Assembly: GCA_900128395.1 (NCBI GenBank)
Contig: LT649324.1
Span: 1-37,557 of the forward strand
Reading direction: 5' to 3'
Length of the DNA stretch: 37,557 nt
DNA from: Stramenopiles sp. TOSAG23-2
Taxonomy: Eukaryota
Under the pieces are notes generated by a model. That model was given only the letters and a program-made list of their open reading frames with translations, was not told the origin of the DNA and did no database searches. Shown here in pieces: positions 1 to 10,314 of the stretch. Positions within the stretch are counted from its first letter, which is position 1. The number at the start of each line of letters is the position of its first letter. A program made the position numbers and the translations under genes.

Positions 1-3000
1 TTTACGTATACAGAAATTCCTTCTATTGTTAAAATGTCCCCAGCATTTGGTTCTATTATGGGTGGAACTACTTCGAGTCTTATAGTTGGTGAAGGCTTTG
101 AAAAGACCAAAAAATGTCGATATGGCGATGAAATAGTTGATGCGGCTGTATTTGGTAGCGAGGGGGATGAAGATGGCTCTGTGGAGTGCGCTTCTCCTCC
201 AGGTCATGGTAGGCAAGCTATTTCAATATCTACTGATGGAGTTATATTTAGCTCTCCGCTTCCATATGCATTTGCTGGCACCGCTTTTGTAACGGGTGTC
301 TACCCGAACAAAGCGCCTGCTACAGGTGGAACAGAAATACGGTTGAGAGGTATGAATTTTACAAACTCACGCGCATTGTCTTGTAAATTTGGAGACGTAA
401 TGGTCCATGCACAATGGCATTCGCCTCAAGAAATCCGTTGCCTGACGCCGCGCCATGTACCATCAACAGTACTTATCGAAATGTCAAATAATGGGATTGA
501 TACCACCGTTAGTGGCCATCAATTTACATTCTATGCAAATCTTGCTGTGAATCGAATTTATCCAAACAATGGGCCTGAAGCTGGTGGCACTACCGTGCGC
601 ATTTCTGGCTTAAATTTTATCCAAACATCTTCCATTATGTGTAAGTTTGGAAATGTTAAAACAAGGGTGACCGAATTCATTTCGTCCTCTGAAATCGTCT
701 GCATCACTCCGCCGTCCCCTACGGCAGGTGTTACTTGGAGTGTCCCTGTTGAGATTTCAAATAATAATTTAACATTTTCTGGAAACGGCGTGCGCTTTAC
801 ATATGATCCGCGCGCCGTTGTCCTTGCACTGACTCCCTCCTCCGGCTACGATAAAGGTGGATCTAGAGTCATGGTATATGGATCCAATTTTCAAAATTAC
901 CCCGCATTATCATGCAGCTTTGGATCTGTGCAAGTCCCAGCATATTTCCTTTCAAGGAGTGAGATTGAATGCATTAGTCCACCACATCCAGCGCGTGCAA
1001 TTTTGCTAGAAATATCATTGAACGGTTTTGATTACACATTTTCGCAACAAATATTTAACTACGTTGAACCACCCGCTGTAAAAAAGATTTGGCCACTCAG
1101 TGGCCCTGGATTTTCCGGTGGCACGTTACTAACAGTAACGGGGAATGGGTTTGTAAATTCGCAGCATTTACTATGTCGATTTGGGCAGATTATCATGCCA
1201 GCGGCGTATTTAAGTGATACTACGCTGACTTGCCGGAGTCCGCCGGGACAACCGGGCCTGGTTTCGTTTGAAGTGTCGACCAATGCAATTGATTTTTCAA
1301 CTGATGGAAAGCGGTTTCTGTATTATCGTGATGTCGCTGTATCATTTGTCCGGCCTACAAGAAGTTTAACAACTGGGCAGATCCCTGTGTTTTTCCGTGG
1401 CACAAATTTCATGAATTCATCTTCCCTTGGTTGTAGGTTTGGGGAAAATAAAGTGCGCGCTGTATTCGTTTCGCCATCATTATTGGTATGTGTAGCTCCA
1501 GCACGTGAAATTGGTTCTCACAACGTTTCCTCCATCGTGACGGCCGAGGTGACGAACAATGGGCTGGATTATTCTGGTAGCAACACTAAGTTTCAGTATA
1601 GGCAATTTTGCCCACCAAGTAAATATTGCCCGCATTTACAAATATTAATGGCGCCAAATGGGACAGCTACTGGTACTGGTAAGGGTCAGTTCAACTTCAC
1701 TCTGTGCAAACCTGGTGAATTTCAACCGAGGCGCTCGCAAAGTAGATGTCTGAAATGCCCTGTGGGATTTGTATGCCCTGACTTCGGGATGTCCAAACCC
1801 GACCTATGCCCGGCTGGATTCGTCTGTCAAGCGTTGGGGCTACGTGAGCCAAAGATTCGCTGCCCGGCAGGGCATTATTGTATGGCAGGTACGAAAACGG
1901 ACGATCCCGCCGACTTCGCGGGCCTGCGCGCCCACAGTAAATGGTCTTCGACTACCACCGATAATGCGCGATTGAATGGATATCGGGGGAGTGAGAATTA
2001 TGCGTGGTTACGTGAACCCGAAACGGGTTTAGTAAATTTCAATAAAAGCACACGTGCGTGGTTATATCTTCCTAGGCCTCCACCAGCTACCGGTGAATCA
2101 AGGCCAGAGCATGAGCCTATGATGTTAACCGGTGGTCTCTCGCGTACCACCGGTCATGAATATGGGCCTATCAATATATTGCAATATCGGCATTATAGGA
2201 AAGTGAGGCATGATCGCTCGTTGGTGTATCCGACAACCCCCGAAAGCTTGGCCAGCAGAGGTTTGTTGCCGGACAATGAAACGCTTCTTGCAGAAATGCC
2301 ATTTCCATGTCCCATCGGTACATACTGTCGCACTGGAGCAACACATAATGATACTGTACAAAGGAATTTCTCCAGACCACAAAAATGTCTAGACGGTTTC
2401 TTTTGTCCGTTTGGATCCAATTCACCAGAAGGCAGTGGGCCGTGCCCAACTGGTTTCTATTGCCCAAGACGTACGGAGAAAAACGGACCTTTGCAAAAAC
2501 AACAGGTAACACTGTACGAAGCTATAGTTTGCCCGGAAGGTATGTATTGCCCTGGTGTTGGTAACACGGGCCCAATTGACTGCTATCCGGGGACGTACAA
2601 CCCCTTTAAAGGGCAATCAAATTGTACAACTTGTCCATCTGGCCATATCTGTCCTGGTTGGAAAAGGACGCAGCCATTGATTTGCCCCGCGGGTTTTGTA
2701 TGCATGTCTGAGGGCTTATCTGCTCCTGTTGTCCAATGCCCGGCAGGTTACTTTTGTCGTGCTGGTACGTTTACAATGCAACAGAACGAGACGTATGGAT
2801 GGCAAGACAACAATGAAGCCACTGGTATATGGAAGGTGGTGAATTCGTATGATATCGAAATGCAACGCCAAGCATTGTTATTGAAATTAAAATCATCGGC
2901 ATACAATGGCTATTCGTCGACATATGAATATGTAGCTACAGCGACACTCCAGCCACTTGCATGTGCCCCTGGCACTTTCTGCTTCGGCGGGGTTGCACAC

Positions 3001-6000
3001 CCAACAACGATTGATTGGATACCGTCCAAACCTGAGGGTGCAACAGCCCCACAAACATGTACTGAAGGCGCATATTGTAAAAAGGGTACTCCTACTGCCG
3101 CTGGTACAGGCCCTTGTTTTCCTGGTCATTACTGCCCTCCCGGTTCGAGTCACCCAACCCAGGCGCCAGTTGGTAATTTTGCAAATCGTAAAGGCAGTGT
3201 GGTACCATCTTTATGTTTCCCTGGAACATGGGCGCCATTGAATGCAACGATTGACTGCAGAACATGCCCAGCAGGGCACACTTGCCAAAGTTACGGGACG
3301 TATGTCCCTATGATTTGCGATCGGGGGACGTATCGATCACTTGCAGATTCTGTTACGTGCAGATTTTGTCCGGAAGGTACGTGGAGTCCAGATTTTGGTT
3401 TGCAAGATATATCAATGTGCGAGCCTTGTCCGGCGGGGCGTATGTGTGGTCTAGAAGGTATTTACGACCTTGCTATGAGTAAAGAGTGCCCTGATGGTCA
3501 TGTATGTGGGGAAGGGACTAATAAAGCTACGCAATTTCTCCATCCTTGTCCAGCTGGGTACTGGTGTGATCCGGAGCAACCACCTTCAATGCAATACGCG
3601 GGAACATGCTTGAAAGGGGCGTATTGTCGTCGTGGCACAAAAGGCTACTTGAAAGGATATTTTAAGTGCCCTACGGGGTATTACTGTCCGCAAGGTACAG
3701 CCTCTGCATTGCCGCGAGAAACCCGTTGCCCTTACCAAACAGTATCGGCAGTTGGTGCCAGTCAGGTTATTCAATGCGAGATAGACCAGGTGGATGTCTG
3801 TGATAAATTGGCTGGACGTTCGTATTTATCTTCATTTGCGTACACATCGCTTGCAACTGGTGCAATAAGAACATTTTCCTCGATCAGGACAACGGGGGAT
3901 CAGACCGGTGAGGTTGAGATTTCCCGTAAGATCTTACCAGTAAATTTGACGGCCTCATCTGAAAGATGGAACAACGATACGGTGGACATATTCCGCTCTT
4001 GCCCATTCAATGTTTCGGTTGCTGGGGGGGAATATATTACCGTTATCGGACGAAATTTTCAAGATGTTTACACGCTTAGGTGTTTGTTTCGTCCAATAGC
4101 TGATGTTTTAGATCCTTTGACCATAGCTACTTTTGATCAAAGCTTAGCAGCGTACGAATCTAGAACACGCTTACGTTGTCGTACGCCACTGTTCTATGGG
4201 AACGAATCGTGGGCAGTTCACGTTTCAAATAATGGTGTTACCTTTTCAGATACGTTTGCAGAAATTTTACCGGTCAATGTAACGTCCGAGTTAGCACATT
4301 TAAATACAACCGATCCAGAGTCGTCATGGTTAAATGAAAAGGATCAAAAGGCTGTGTTTAAAAGGCGCACGTACATTGACGAATGCTTGTGTGTAGAAGG
4401 GAAATACTTGGGTGCTGCGCAATTGCTTAAACAGCCCGGTGAAAGTGAAGAAGATTTTATCGCCCGAAAGCAAGTAAGCAACAACTATTTATACCAATGC
4501 AAATTACTAGTAGAAGAGCAAGAAGCTGTTCGTGTATATGAATTGGATTGGTTCAGATTGCCGGTACTAAATTTGGCTGAAATTTCGTTTAATTTTGGGC
4601 ACTTGCCAACTGAAATGAAATATGGCGATCATTATACGATTGCAATTTATGTTTCGCCATCGGTGTGCGAAGAACAGCGATGTGTTGGAGGTGGTTCTCG
4701 TGATCGCGTTGTCAGCCTCGATGTAGTGGACAGGGAATATGGAGTGGTGGATAAGTCTACAAAGACACCTTGGTGGTGGAAAACAGGACCTGAAGCAGAT
4801 GGGTTTGATGATGATATGATTACAAATGTATTAGATGCATTTCCTTGCACGCAGCCAGTTCCTATGCCTGATTCGTTCTTATCCACCGATGTGGATAAAC
4901 ATGGCGTAAATAAATTTCAAATGTTTGCGTTGGAGGATGTTATCTTCAAAGTAGAAGTTCACATCATTCACGCATTGTTTATGTCCGCTACACACTTTCT
5001 AAAAAATATGAGTGTGGTGGAGTTGTTTGCACCAGATCGGGCAAATCGCACCGAAGGCATTGAAGCGGCGCAAGTTCAAATGCGCAAAGTAGAAAAGTCT
5101 ATTTCATGGGCTAGAGAGCGTGTCCCAATGCAATTTGTGTTTTTGGCATATTATTCAAAGGAGGATCATCAAGCTAATGTTGCCGCGCCAATGAATTTGC
5201 CGCCAAGATATCGGGAATACGAGCGTGGTCGTGTTTTGGTAGGATTTATGAGAGAAACTGGATCTGAAATTGCACCTGTTGTGCTTGATTCACTAATTGA
5301 TATACCTGAAGTACTTGTTGATGGTAAATTTGTGCGTAAGCAAAAGGGTGTGAAACCAGGTGTGGGTTGGTGGGATCCACCAGCAAGTCTGCTTGAGGTC
5401 GGGCATGCAATGAAGAGGAAATATCGAGAAACGTTTCACAATTTTCAACTTGCTGATCAAAGTCTATTTTTTACGTTTGATAAAATGTTTTTGCCATATA
5501 TGCCGTACTTGTCAAATTGCGATGGATTTGATTCATATGTTCCCATTTGGCGCCTGTTTGAGCATCCAGATTGTGAGCTTCCAGAAGTTCCAGACCCAAC
5601 AGTAGCTGTAGTACAAGGGTTGGGCGATACTGTTTACACGCGTGTTGACGAGCGTCGGCAAATGCCACCCTTTCCGCACCAGGATGACATTGTAGAGATG
5701 AGAGGTTTGGATGCAATTATAAAAGGAGTAGCTAATCCTACAGCAGATATTTGCGAATATGGTTTTACTTGCTATTATGAAGAGGATTTGACCCAAGTAG
5801 AAGTCAATCCGCGTTGGTATGAAGCGCCAGATGGATCAGAATTATTTAGTATTGTGCGCACTCCGATTGCAGTGACAGAGTATCTGAATCAGGCACAAGT
5901 AGATGCCCCGATGAGGTATGCTGAAGGTGATCCAGAACTTGAAGGGAAAGAAGTTAGGCGACCTGTACCAACTGATACCCTTTTCGCCTATATGAATGTT

Positions 6001-9000
6001 GAACGAGAATTACAATATCGTGGTGCCGATTTAGGCGGAGATGAGCCTGAACCTATGTATAATGTTAGGGGAGCTTATAATCATTTATTTGATGATATTA
6101 TGAACAATATACATTACCCAAAGGGTGGCGAAGATGCGTTTATTCCTATCGGCGTGAATGGTGAATCACGCGGGGAATTAACGATGGAGTGTTCCTCAAG
6201 ATGTTTTCCTAGATCTGTATCATTAGGGATAACGTATTGGCAATTCAGTAATTATCAAAAGGATCTTTTATCTGCTGAATTGGAATTGGATGAGTGGGAT
6301 AAAAATACTGAAGAAAAAGAATATGAATTTGGGTTTAGTATGGTCCCGCTAAGTTATTTAGGTTTAATTATTGCATTCGCTTTCAGTATAGATATTTTCA
6401 TTGTGTTGTTTGCGGCACTTGGGGTTTTTTCCATATTGATTTCGGCCTTATTTTATTTAAATATTAGACAATCAACACGTCTGGAAACTCCACCAAAATT
6501 CAGAATGTCAAGCTATATATCTTTAGTTATGCCGCCAGCGATATCGGGTGTTATGATCGGGTCGATTCCAATACTTTTAGTTTTATGGTTTTGGTATGTA
6601 ATTTTATATGCTGAGTTTTGGTATGGTTTTGTCGGCACTGCCAAAGCGGCAGTGCCGGAAATACCGGGAATGGGACCTAATTTTTTGTTCGATGGCTGGC
6701 CGAACCACTGGATGGAAAAAAAACTCGAGCCTGCAAATAGGGATATAGTACGGCATGGCCGTTTTGGTCTTGTACTGCTTGCAGTCGGGATGTTCTGTGT
6801 TGTTTTGAGTGCTAAAATATTTTTGCCTAAGCGTGTTTCAAAACGTGAAAAAGAGATTGAAATGAAGCGTGACAAGCAGGCGCAAAAAGAAACTGTGTGG
6901 GTTCCAACGCTGTGGAAACGCAGCAATTTCATTTTTGCATCAGTTATGATGGGTCTGTTCTCTACCATCCTCATAGAATTGTCATTTTGGTCGGACTTTG
7001 GGGATAATGTGTGGTATTTAATTTTATTATTCCGTCCTGCCGGTATTGTTCTTGATTTAGTCATTGAGGGGCAATTAGGAGAATCGTTGCTAGCGGCGCC
7101 TTTGGTAGCTACATTTTCGTTATGTACGGATATTGTTACACTGGGTTCGGATAATTTCTTGGATTTCATATTGTGTTTTATTGTTGAATTTGGCATGCTT
7201 TTATTTGAACGCTGTTTTTGGGATCCTGGTTTTGGAATGTTTTTCGAGGTTCTGACCGAAAAAATGGCTGAATTAATCGCATTTCTCAAGAAGAAAATGA
7301 AATTGAAAGGAAAGAGTAAAATTGAGGAGCAAGCGGCGCGTGAGGCAGCAGCTGCAGAACAAATGAAAAATCGTGATGCGGGAGTAGATTATAGTACTGG
7401 TGATACTGTTGAACCAATTTTAGGATCGTTTTCAGGCTATTCTGGGGATGCATTTGGTGTAGTTTATACAAGTATTTACATGATCATGTTCATATGGTTC
7501 CGAGAACCAATACAACTACCAATATTGTATGGTATCAAAATTCAGGATATGTTGTATTATTTTGCGTTTGGCGTTGTTTCTACGCCATTTCAATTTGTTT
7601 GTGATGTTTTGATTCATCAATCGTTGGAAATTTTCTGGGGTTGGAAGATTCATGATTATTTAATCTATACGCGTTATCGTTATTTACAGCGGGAAACACG
7701 TTGGAAAGGTTTAGAAGACTCCTTAGATGAATGTATCGAGGAAGGATGTCGAACACTTGACCAAATGTGCTTCTCTTCTCAATTTTATTTAATGCATACA
7801 ATTGCTACGTTTGGTCAGATGAATATTGTTTTTGCGATGGAAGTGCTTTTACGATGGAAATGGAACTTTTTCGGCGACCGTGCGTCTTTTGTTATTATTG
7901 CTGGATCATGTCTGACGTGCTTACTCATGTTCAATTTTACACAATGGGTGATTAACATGACTGGGTATTATAAATTGAAACACGAAGATACAGCATGGCA
8001 TTCTACATTAGGTGGTCCAGACGAGGAGGAGTTTGGAATTCCAAGGTGGGATGAGCTAGATAAAATTAAAGGTGCATCGCATGAGGCATATTTGATGAAT
8101 CAAAAAATTACATCGGAAACGTTTCGGTATAAGTTTTTGGATTACAATCGGCCATGGTTGGTCAGTCAATTGCCAGCTATTTTAACGCCGAGGACATTAA
8201 GGCGGAGTCGCCCTTATTTAATAGCACAACTAACGAAAATTTTAGGTTCTGTGAATCCCGATGTCTCATCAGACTCAGACTCGGATGATGATGGTAGGCC
8301 GAAATTTGGCCCTGTAGCACTTTCGACCACCTCGCGTTCGATCGCGCGTCTGTGGCTTGCACAAGCACGTCGTAGAAAACGCTTGCGGGAGGTTGTCCAA
8401 CCATTAATAAATCGCGCTCGCAGGAATGAATGCGAAAAATGTCTGAGCAGACAGCAGCTACAAGTCGAGCTTGTGATTCCGATTGAAGTTTTAGGAGATC
8501 GTTTTGAAAAGGAGCACCCAGATGATGAATTTGATCAAGTTGCTTGGAAACAATTCTTCAATAAAAATGCAAAATTTAGAACGTTATGCTTGAAGTGCAT
8601 TCAGGAAGAGCAAAGCGTTGCACGTGAGAAAGCCATGAGAGCGTTGCAAAATGCTGAAATTTCTGATTCAGACGATGATGAAATGGGTGCAAGATTTGGC
8701 CCAGTCTTTTTGAGCGCTGCTAGTAATGCTATTTTGCAAAATTGGTATAGAAAGGCATCGGATACTGTTCGAAAACGTGGTGGAAAGACTGCTGCGCAAG
8801 TATATATTAGTGATGACGATGAGGATGATGATGCGGCTGTTGGATGGGCGAAGAAGAAATTAAAATTAAGCTCAGCATCGAAAGCTATTGCAATCAAATG
8901 GTTACGAATGGCGCGAGCAAGAAACCCAAGAGTGACAAAGAAAGGTAAGCGTGAAGCCCTTAAAGCTGGGCGCACTAAACCTAGAGGTCGCTACATGGGT

Positions 9001-9042
9001 GCTGGAAAAGGCGCTCCAAGAAGTGCTATCCGACATAAATAA
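1..9042 (+). CDS. Giant multipass membrane protein (5'-partial): about 6 IPT/TIG Ig-like repeats, many GCC2/GCC3-type Cys-rich repeats, a further TIG domain, large ectodomain, about 10-11 TM helices, cytosolic tail
   Basis: Frame +1 is open from base 1 (FTYTEIPSIVK then Met at 34), so the true start is upstream. TIG repeats of the form 'P..GP..GGT.V.I.G.NF......C.FG.....A......I.C.TP......V..EIS.NG' at about 1-1600; 'CP.G.YC..G' repeats at about 1610-3810; hydrophobic helices at about 6350-7980; stop TAA at 9040-9042. Confidence 0.85.
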   Translation, partial: FTYTEIPSIVKMSPAFGSIMGGTTSSLIVGEGFEKTKKCRYGDEIVDAAVFGSEGDEDGSVECASPPGHGRQAISISTDGVIFSSPLPYAFAGTAFVTGVYPNKAPATGGTEIRLRGMNFTNSRALSCKFGDVMVHAQWHSPQEIRCLTPRHVPSTVLIEMSNNGIDTTVSGHQFTFYANLAVNRIYPNNGPEAGGTTVRISGLNFIQTSSIMCKFGNVKTRVTEFISSSEIVCITPPSPTAGVTWSVPVEISNNNLTFSGNGVRFTYDPRAVVLALTPSSGYDKGGSRVMVYGSNFQNYPALSCSFGSVQVPAYFLSRSEIECISPPHPARAILLEISLNGFDYTFSQQIFNYVEPPAVKKIWPLSGPGFSGGTLLTVTGNGFVNSQHLLCRFGQIIMPAAYLSDTTLTCRSPPGQPGLVSFEVSTNAIDFSTDGKRFLYYRDVAVSFVRPTRSLTTGQIPVFFRGTNFMNSSSLGCRFGENKVRAVFVSPSLLVCVAPAREIGSHNVSSIVTAEVTNNGLDYSGSNTKFQYRQFCPPSKYCPHLQILMAPNGTATGTGKGQFNFTLCKPGEFQPRRSQSRCLKCPVGFVCPDFGMSKPDLCPAGFVCQALGLREPKIRCPAGHYCMAGTKTDDPADFAGLRAHSKWSSTTTDNARLNGYRGSENYAWLREPETGLVNFNKSTRAWLYLPRPPPATGESRPEHEPMMLTGGLSRTTGHEYGPINILQYRHYRKVRHDRSLVYPTTPESLASRGLLPDNETLLAEMPFPCPIGTYCRTGATHNDTVQRNFSRPQKCLDGFFCPFGSNSPEGSGPCPTGFYCPRRTEKNGPLQKQQVTLYEAIVCPEGMYCPGVGNTGPIDCYPGTYNPFKGQSNCTTCPSGHICPGWKRTQPLICPAGFVCMSEGLSAPVVQCPAGYFCRAGTFTMQQNETYGWQDNNEATGIWKVVNSYDIEMQRQALLLKLKSSAYNGYSSTYEYVATATLQPLACAPGTFCFGGVAHPTTIDWIPSKPEGATAPQTCTEGAYCKKGTPTAAGTGPCFPGHYCPPGSSHPTQAPVGNFANRKGSVVPSLCFPGTWAPLNATIDCRTCPAGHTCQSYGTYVPMICDRGTYRSLADSVTCRFCPEGTWSPDFGLQDISMCEPCPAGRMCGLEGIYDLAMSKECPDGHVCGEGTNKATQFLHPCPAGYWCDPEQPPSMQYAGTCLKGAYCRRGTKGYLKGYFKCPTGYYCPQGTASALPRETRCPYQTVSAVGASQVIQCEIDQVDVCDKLAGRSYLSSFAYTSLATGAIRTFSSIRTTGDQTGEVEISRKILPVNLTASSERWNNDTVDIFRSCPFNVSVAGGEYITVIGRNFQDVYTLRCLFRPIADVLDPLTIATFDQSLAAYESRTRLRCRTPLFYGNESWAVHVSNNGVTFSDTFAEILPVNVTSELAHLNTTDPESSWLNEKDQKAVFKRRTYIDECLCVEGKYLGAAQLLKQPGESEEDFIARKQVSNNYLYQCKLLVEEQEAVRVYELDWFRLPVLNLAEISFNFGHLPTEMKYGDHYTIAIYVSPSVCEEQRCVGGGSRDRVVSLDVVDREYGVVDKSTKTPWWWKTGPEADGFDDDMITNVLDAFPCTQPVPMPDSFLSTDVDKHGVNKFQMFALEDVIFKVEVHIIHALFMSATHFLKNMSVVELFAPDRANRTEGIEAAQVQMRKVEKSISWARERVPMQFVFLAYYSKEDHQANVAAPMNLPPRYREYERGRVLVGFMRETGSEIAPVVLDSLIDIPEVLVDGKFVRKQKGVKPGVGWWDPPASLLEVGHAMKRKYRETFHNFQLADQSLFFTFDKMFLPYMPYLSNCDGFDSYVPIWRLFEHPDCELPEVPDPTVAVVQGLGDTVYTRVDERRQMPPFPHQDDIVEMRGLDAIIKGVANPTADICEYGFTCYYEEDLTQVEVNPRWYEAPDGSELFSIVRTPIAVTEYLNQAQVDAPMRYAEGDPELEGKEVRRPVPTDTLFAYMNVERELQYRGADLGGDEPEPMYNVRGAYNHLFDDIMNNIHYPKGGEDAFIPIGVNGESRGELTMECSSRCFPRSVSLGITYWQFSNYQKDLLSAELELDEWDKNTEEKEYEFGFSMVPLSYLGLIIAFAFSIDIFIVLFAALGVFSILISALFYLNIRQSTRLETPPKFRMSSYISLVMPPAISGVMIGSIPILLVLWFWYVILYAEFWYGFVGTAKAAVPEIPGMGPNFLFDGWPNHWMEKKLEPANRDIVRHGRFGLVLLAVGMFCVVLSAKIFLPKRVSKREKEIEMKRDKQAQKETVWVPTLWKRSNFIFASVMMGLFSTILIELSFWSDFGDNVWYLILLFRPAGIVLDLVIEGQLGESLLAAPLVATFSLCTDIVTLGSDNFLDFILCFIVEFGMLLFERCFWDPGFGMFFEVLTEKMAELIAFLKKKMKLKGKSKIEEQAAREAAAAEQMKNRDAGVDYSTGDTVEPILGSFSGYSGDAFGVVYTSIYMIMFIWFREPIQLPILYGIKIQDMLYYFAFGVVSTPFQFVCDVLIHQSLEIFWGWKIHDYLIYTRYRYLQRETRWKGLEDSLDECIEEGCRTLDQMCFSSQFYLMHTIATFGQMNIVFAMEVLLRWKWNFFGDRASFVIIAGSCLTCLLMFNFTQWVINMTGYYKLKHEDTAWHSTLGGPDEEEFGIPRWDELDKIKGASHEAYLMNQKITSETFRYKFLDYNRPWLVSQLPAILTPRTLRRSRPYLIAQLTKILGSVNPDVSSDSDSDDDGRPKFGPVALSTTSRSIARLWLAQARRRKRLREVVQPLINRARRNECEKCLSRQQLQVELVIPIEVLGDRFEKEHPDDEFDQVAWKQFFNKNAKFRTLCLKCIQEEQSVAREKAMRALQNAEISDSDDDEMGARFGPVFLSAASNAILQNWYRKASDTVRKRGGKTAAQVYISDDDEDDDAAVGWAKKKLKLSSASKAIAIKWLRMARARNPRVTKKGKREALKAGRTKPRGRYMGAGKGAPRSAIRHK

Positions 9043-9342
9043 AAAAGCTTTTCGCGTTCGTATACGCATGTATCATATCATACATTTATACTTCGTTTTC
9101 GTATGAATATACTCGTAAATTATGCGTAAACTAAATTATACGAAGCGTACTTCGTATATATTTATGTGAAGAGTACAAATAAAATCGTTAAATTATAAAT
9201 AAGAGAACTATTTTAAATTATATTATACCGGTACGAGTATTTTTTTATATTATACTCGGTCTGTAATTATACATATATTATTTTTTATAAAAAAATATAC
9301 TCGTACGAATGTATGTATATGCATATATCAAATCACATCATA

Positions 9343-10314
9343 TCAATGCTCTCCAAAAGATTCTAAACTGTTACACTCGATATTAAAAAAATTTTTTACT
9401 ATCCTAGTTTTTTGAAATAATTTCTTAAAATATGGATGTGGGTGTATCAATGGTTTTGACGGTGACCAAGATTGAAATTTATTCAAAAATTGTCTGACAT
9501 CATTATAGTTATTTCTATTTGATACATTCATTACTTTTGATTCAATTGATTTTCTAACAAATGAATAATGGTACATAACCAAGTCCGTACGAGGGCATAC
9601 ATACAATAACCTGCACTCGGCTAGCCGTCTAGTTGGATCAATCATAAATGGATAAGGGACAGATAATCGAAATTTCATATTTTTGCTTATTTCATACATA
9701 ACAGGGACACAATTTTCTTCATCCAAAGGTAACAATTCGCACTCTGGGTATTTAAAGAAATACCTCATTTTTGCCAAGACACCTTCATACCCCCGTTTCT
9801 GCACTAACTGTTTCAGATTAAACAGTTCATTTGTTAAATAAAATTCATCAGTATCCATTGACATAAAATGCGTACATGCCGCTTTTTCACAAGCAAGTCG
9901 CCCCATTTCTCTCTTTGTCATTTCGTTGAAAAACGTATCTGAGATTGTCTCCGGTGTTGCGCCACCAAGATCTAAACCGGTTGCCCTACTTGAAACCAGT
10001 TGTTTCTTCTCTTCTAGACTAAATGTTTTCGGTATGTACGGTATCAACTCATCTATTAACCCTGCGTTGCGTAACTTAAAAAGACAGGGAAGTAAACTTT
10101 CGTTGCATTTAATACCAAAATTACTAGTTTCCTGGTATACGACACAGACATAGTCAACATTTTGTTTGATCGACAATATTGACGCTTCTAGCAACTCTTC
10201 CCCATCAAACAAATTGTACGCAGCACCTAATTTCATTTTCTTTGGGAATGGTTTCCACCAAGGTTTATTTACGTCTTGTGATTTAGCAACATTGTAATTT
10301 ATAACAGCTGTCAT
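9343..10314 (-). CDS. Putative GT-A fold (GT2-like) glycosyltransferase
   Basis: 323 aa ORF; N-terminal 'YNLFDGEELLEASILSIKQNVDYVCVV' resembles the GT2 nucleotide-binding strand-helix-strand, DxD motif 'FMSMDTDEFY', late 'MYHYSFVR' His motif. Confidence 0.65.
   Translation of the reverse strand: MTAVINYNVAKSQDVNKPWWKPFPKKMKLGAAYNLFDGEELLEASILSIKQNVDYVCVVYQETSNFGIKCNESLLPCLFKLRNAGLIDELIPYIPKTFSLEEKKQLVSSRATGLDLGGATPETISDTFFNEMTKREMGRLACEKAACTHFMSMDTDEFYLTNELFNLKQLVQKRGYEGVLAKMRYFFKYPECELLPLDEENCVPVMYEISKNMKFRLSVPYPFMIDPTRRLAECRLLYVCPRTDLVMYHYSFVRKSIESKVMNVSNRNNYNDVRQFLNKFQSWSPSKPLIHPHPYFKKLFQKTRIVKNFFNIECNSLESFGEH

Noticed and set aside
6513-7289. 258 aa antisense ORF, and other short ORFs overlapping the main genes (e.g. 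14910-15437, 8601-8975)
   Set aside because: Shadow frames of genuine CDSs on the opposite strand, many with non-ATG starts and no recognisable motifs.
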